Shown: positions 60,285 to 64,000 of the stretch, in pieces
Numbering within the stretch: position 1 is the first letter of the stretch
Layout: every line of letters starts with the position of its first letter
Assembly: GCF_009914755.1 (NCBI RefSeq)
Contig: NC_060948.1
DNA from: the human T2T-CHM13v2.0 reference genome, Homo sapiens
DNA: 64,000 nt
Direction: 5' to 3' (one strand)
Made by a program: the position numbers and the translations under genes
Notes under the pieces: model-generated
Databases searched by the model: none
What the model was told of the DNA's origin: nothing
Seen by the model: the letters and a program-made list of their open reading frames with translations, nothing else

Positions 60285-62388
60285 AGATCCATATTTTTTA
60301 AATGAAAAAAAATTTCAAAGGTACTCTGCTAGGTACAATAATCAAATGTATAAACTGAGGAAGAAAACATAACCATGAAACCTACTTATAACTGCATATG
60401 GAAAATACAGAGGATAATTTTTTAAATAACATATTTTGAAAGCCTTAACTAGTAATTTGAAGAGTTGGCATTTGAAAGGCCAGTATGAATATACCTTCAA
60501 AGCAGCAACACAGGTTCCCCATGAGAAAAAGCAAACTCAGGGAAAATAAAACCACAAAGGTTCAATCTCTTCTGACCTTTGAAAGACACAGCACAGACAG
60601 TGGTCCTTAGGACGAAGAGCAGGAGACCCCTAATTCCGTCACCATGGCGATAGGGCATAAACACTGCTGGGTGAGGGCACAATCCACATTGTGAGGTCCA
60701 ACTGCTGCCAGGAAGACAGGAGTGCTTTTACATAGACCGAAAGGTCATTGAAGGCTCAGAGTTTTGTTTCAAGAACTGAATCCCAAGCCCACACGTTATT
60801 AGGCTGCGCTTCTTAAAACAAGTTATGAGATGGGAAAAAGGGCACCCACAGACATACGTATACATTATGTATATAATAATATACAGTATCATATATATAA
60901 TATATATAACCTATGTATAATATTGTTTTACATCCTGCATCTTATACTATATATATTGTATAAAGTATAATAATTGATAATATATAAATTTTATATTTAT
61001 ACAATATGACATATAGTATATATTATAATTTATGACATATATAATATATGTTATATATCATATATAGAATATATTATACGGTTAATATACGTATTAAATA
61101 TAAATTATACATTATATATATTATATATAATATATCTGTTACATATAATACCCATTATGCATAATATATATATTATGTCTATGTTATATATAGTATAAAA
61201 CAACATATAATAATATATAATTGTATATATAAAATGCGACATATAATATATATTATATTTTATGACATATGTAATATATATTATATATTATATATAATAC
61301 GTTGTATGTATAATACCTAAAATAAATATATATTATATGACTATGTTATTAATTACATGTCACATGTGTTATATATTATATATTTTACATAGAATATACC
61401 GGTTACATACAATATATACTATGTTACCTATAATGTATAATTTATTACATGTAAAATAAAGAATGCAATATATTATGTATAATTTATAATATACAATATG
61501 TGGAATGTGATATATATAACATATAATATTTGATATATGATATACAGTATATGGTATATAACATACAATATATGATACCTAATATATATGGTATACAATA
61601 TATATTTTATGATATGTATTCTATATGTTTTATATTCTGTTATATATAACTATTTGAAATTATATATAACTGTATAATATTTTATATAAATATGTAATAT
61701 AATATATATAACTATATAATATATTATATATAACTACATATTATGTTATATATACTTTTATAACATAATTTACATAAAATATCATAATATAATATATATT
61801 ATATTATTTCATATTACATAATATATATTACATATCACCCAATATAAGTAACATACATAATATTATAATATAGATTATATTATGTTATATTAAATATCAT
61901 ATATATCATGTATCATATAATCTATAATATATATTATACATTATATAATACGTATGTTGTCTATTATGTGATATATATAACTATATATATAATTATATTA
62001 TTATACATATAACTAGATAAACATGTAATTCTACATATTTTCATTTATAATGTATAGAATTATATAATCATATAAATTATTTATGTTCTATAAAAAATTA
62101 TATCATTATATAAATTATAATATATAAAAATTATAATATGTACTACAAATATATATATTATATATCATATATGATGTAGTACCTTTGTTATATATCATAA
62201 TACATATAAATGTGTATTATGTTATCTATAATTATATAATTTCATATATAAGATGTATAATATTTATTATATATTATATATGTTATGTAATATATATAGT
62301 ATATATAAGATGACACAGGATAAATATTATATACTATGACATATAAAATATATGAGGTTATATGTTACATACAAGGCATAGCACATAA

Positions 62389-62703
<315 letters not shown>

Positions 62704-64000
62704 AGATCCATATTTTTTAAATGAAAAAAAATTTCAAAGGTACTCTGCTTGGTACAATAATCAAATGTATAAACTGAGGAATAAAACATAACCATGAAAC
62801 CTACTTATAACTGCATATGGAAAATACAGAGGATAATTTTTTAAATAACATATTTTGAAAGCCTTAACTAGTAATTTGAAGAGTTGGCATTTGAAAGGCC
62901 AGTATGAATATACCTTCAAAGCAGCAACACAGGTTCCCCATGAGAAAAAGCAAACTCAGGGAAAATAAAACCACAAAGGTTCAATCTCTTCTGACCTTTG
63001 AAAGACACAGCACAGACAGTGGTCCTTAGGACGAAGAGCAGGAGACCCCTAATTCCGTCACCATGGCGATAGGGCATAAACACTGCTGGGTGAGGGCACA
63101 ATCCACATTGTGAGGTCCAGCTGCTGCCAGGAAGACAGGAGTGCTTTTACATAGACCGAAAGGTCATTGAAGGCTCAGAGTTTTGTTTCAAGAACTGAAT
63201 CCCAAGCCCACACGTTATTAGGCTGCGCTTCTTAAAACAAGTTATGAGATGGGAAAAAGGGCACCCACAAACATACGTATACATTATGTATATAATAATA
63301 TACAGTATCATATATATAATATATATAACCTATGTATAATATTGTTTTACATCCTGCATCTTATATTATATATATTGTATAAAATATAATAATTGATAAT
63401 ATATAAGTTTTATATTTATACAATATGACATATAGTATAAATTATAATTTATGACATATAATATATATGTTATATATCATATATAGAATATATTATACGG
63501 TTAATATACGTATTAAATATAAATTATACATTATATATATTATATATAATATATCTGCTATATATAATACGCATTATGCATATTATATATATTATGTCTA
63601 TGTTATATATAGTATAAAACAACATATAATAATATATAATTGTATATATAAAATGCGACATATAATATATATTATATTTTATCACATATGTAATATATAT
63701 TATATATTATATATAATACGTTGTATGTATAATACCTAAAATAAATATATATTATATGACTATGTTATTAATTACATGTCAGATGTGTTATATATTCTAT
63801 ATTTTACATAGAATATACCGGTTACATACAATATATACTATGTTACCTATAATGTATAATTTATTACATGTAAAATAAAGAATGCAATATATTATGTATA
63901 ATTTATAATATACAATATGTGGAATGTGATATATATAACATATAATATATGATATATGATATACAGTATATGATATATAACATACAATATATGATACCTA

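Overview
The window is entirely eukaryotic satellite DNA and matches the known organisation of human Y-chromosome Yq12 heterochromatin. Bases 1-47143 are a DYZ1/HSat3-type array: degenerate (GGAAT)n pentamers organised into about 13.3 higher-order units of 3529-3559 bp, each with one HaeIII/StuI site. At about 47141-47144 it joins abruptly to a DYZ2/HSat1B-type array (47144-64000) of about 7 units of 2419-2420 bp. Each DYZ2 unit is a decayed minus-strand Alu, a ~565 bp HSATI-like segment and a ~1.56 kb extremely AT-rich segment. No protein-coding or RNA gene is supportable, because the ORF track is translated pentamer repeat. I found no new gene system. The notable signals are structural or regulatory: three perfect heat-shock elements per DYZ1 unit, a junction with 3-bp microhomology next to a 768-bp-deleted DYZ2 unit, recent two-unit duplications in both arrays (7087 and 4839 bp), mosaic DYZ1 units, and AluSc-like diagnostics in the DYZ2 Alu. 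All comparisons were made by eye and the species/locus call was not confirmed by alignment.
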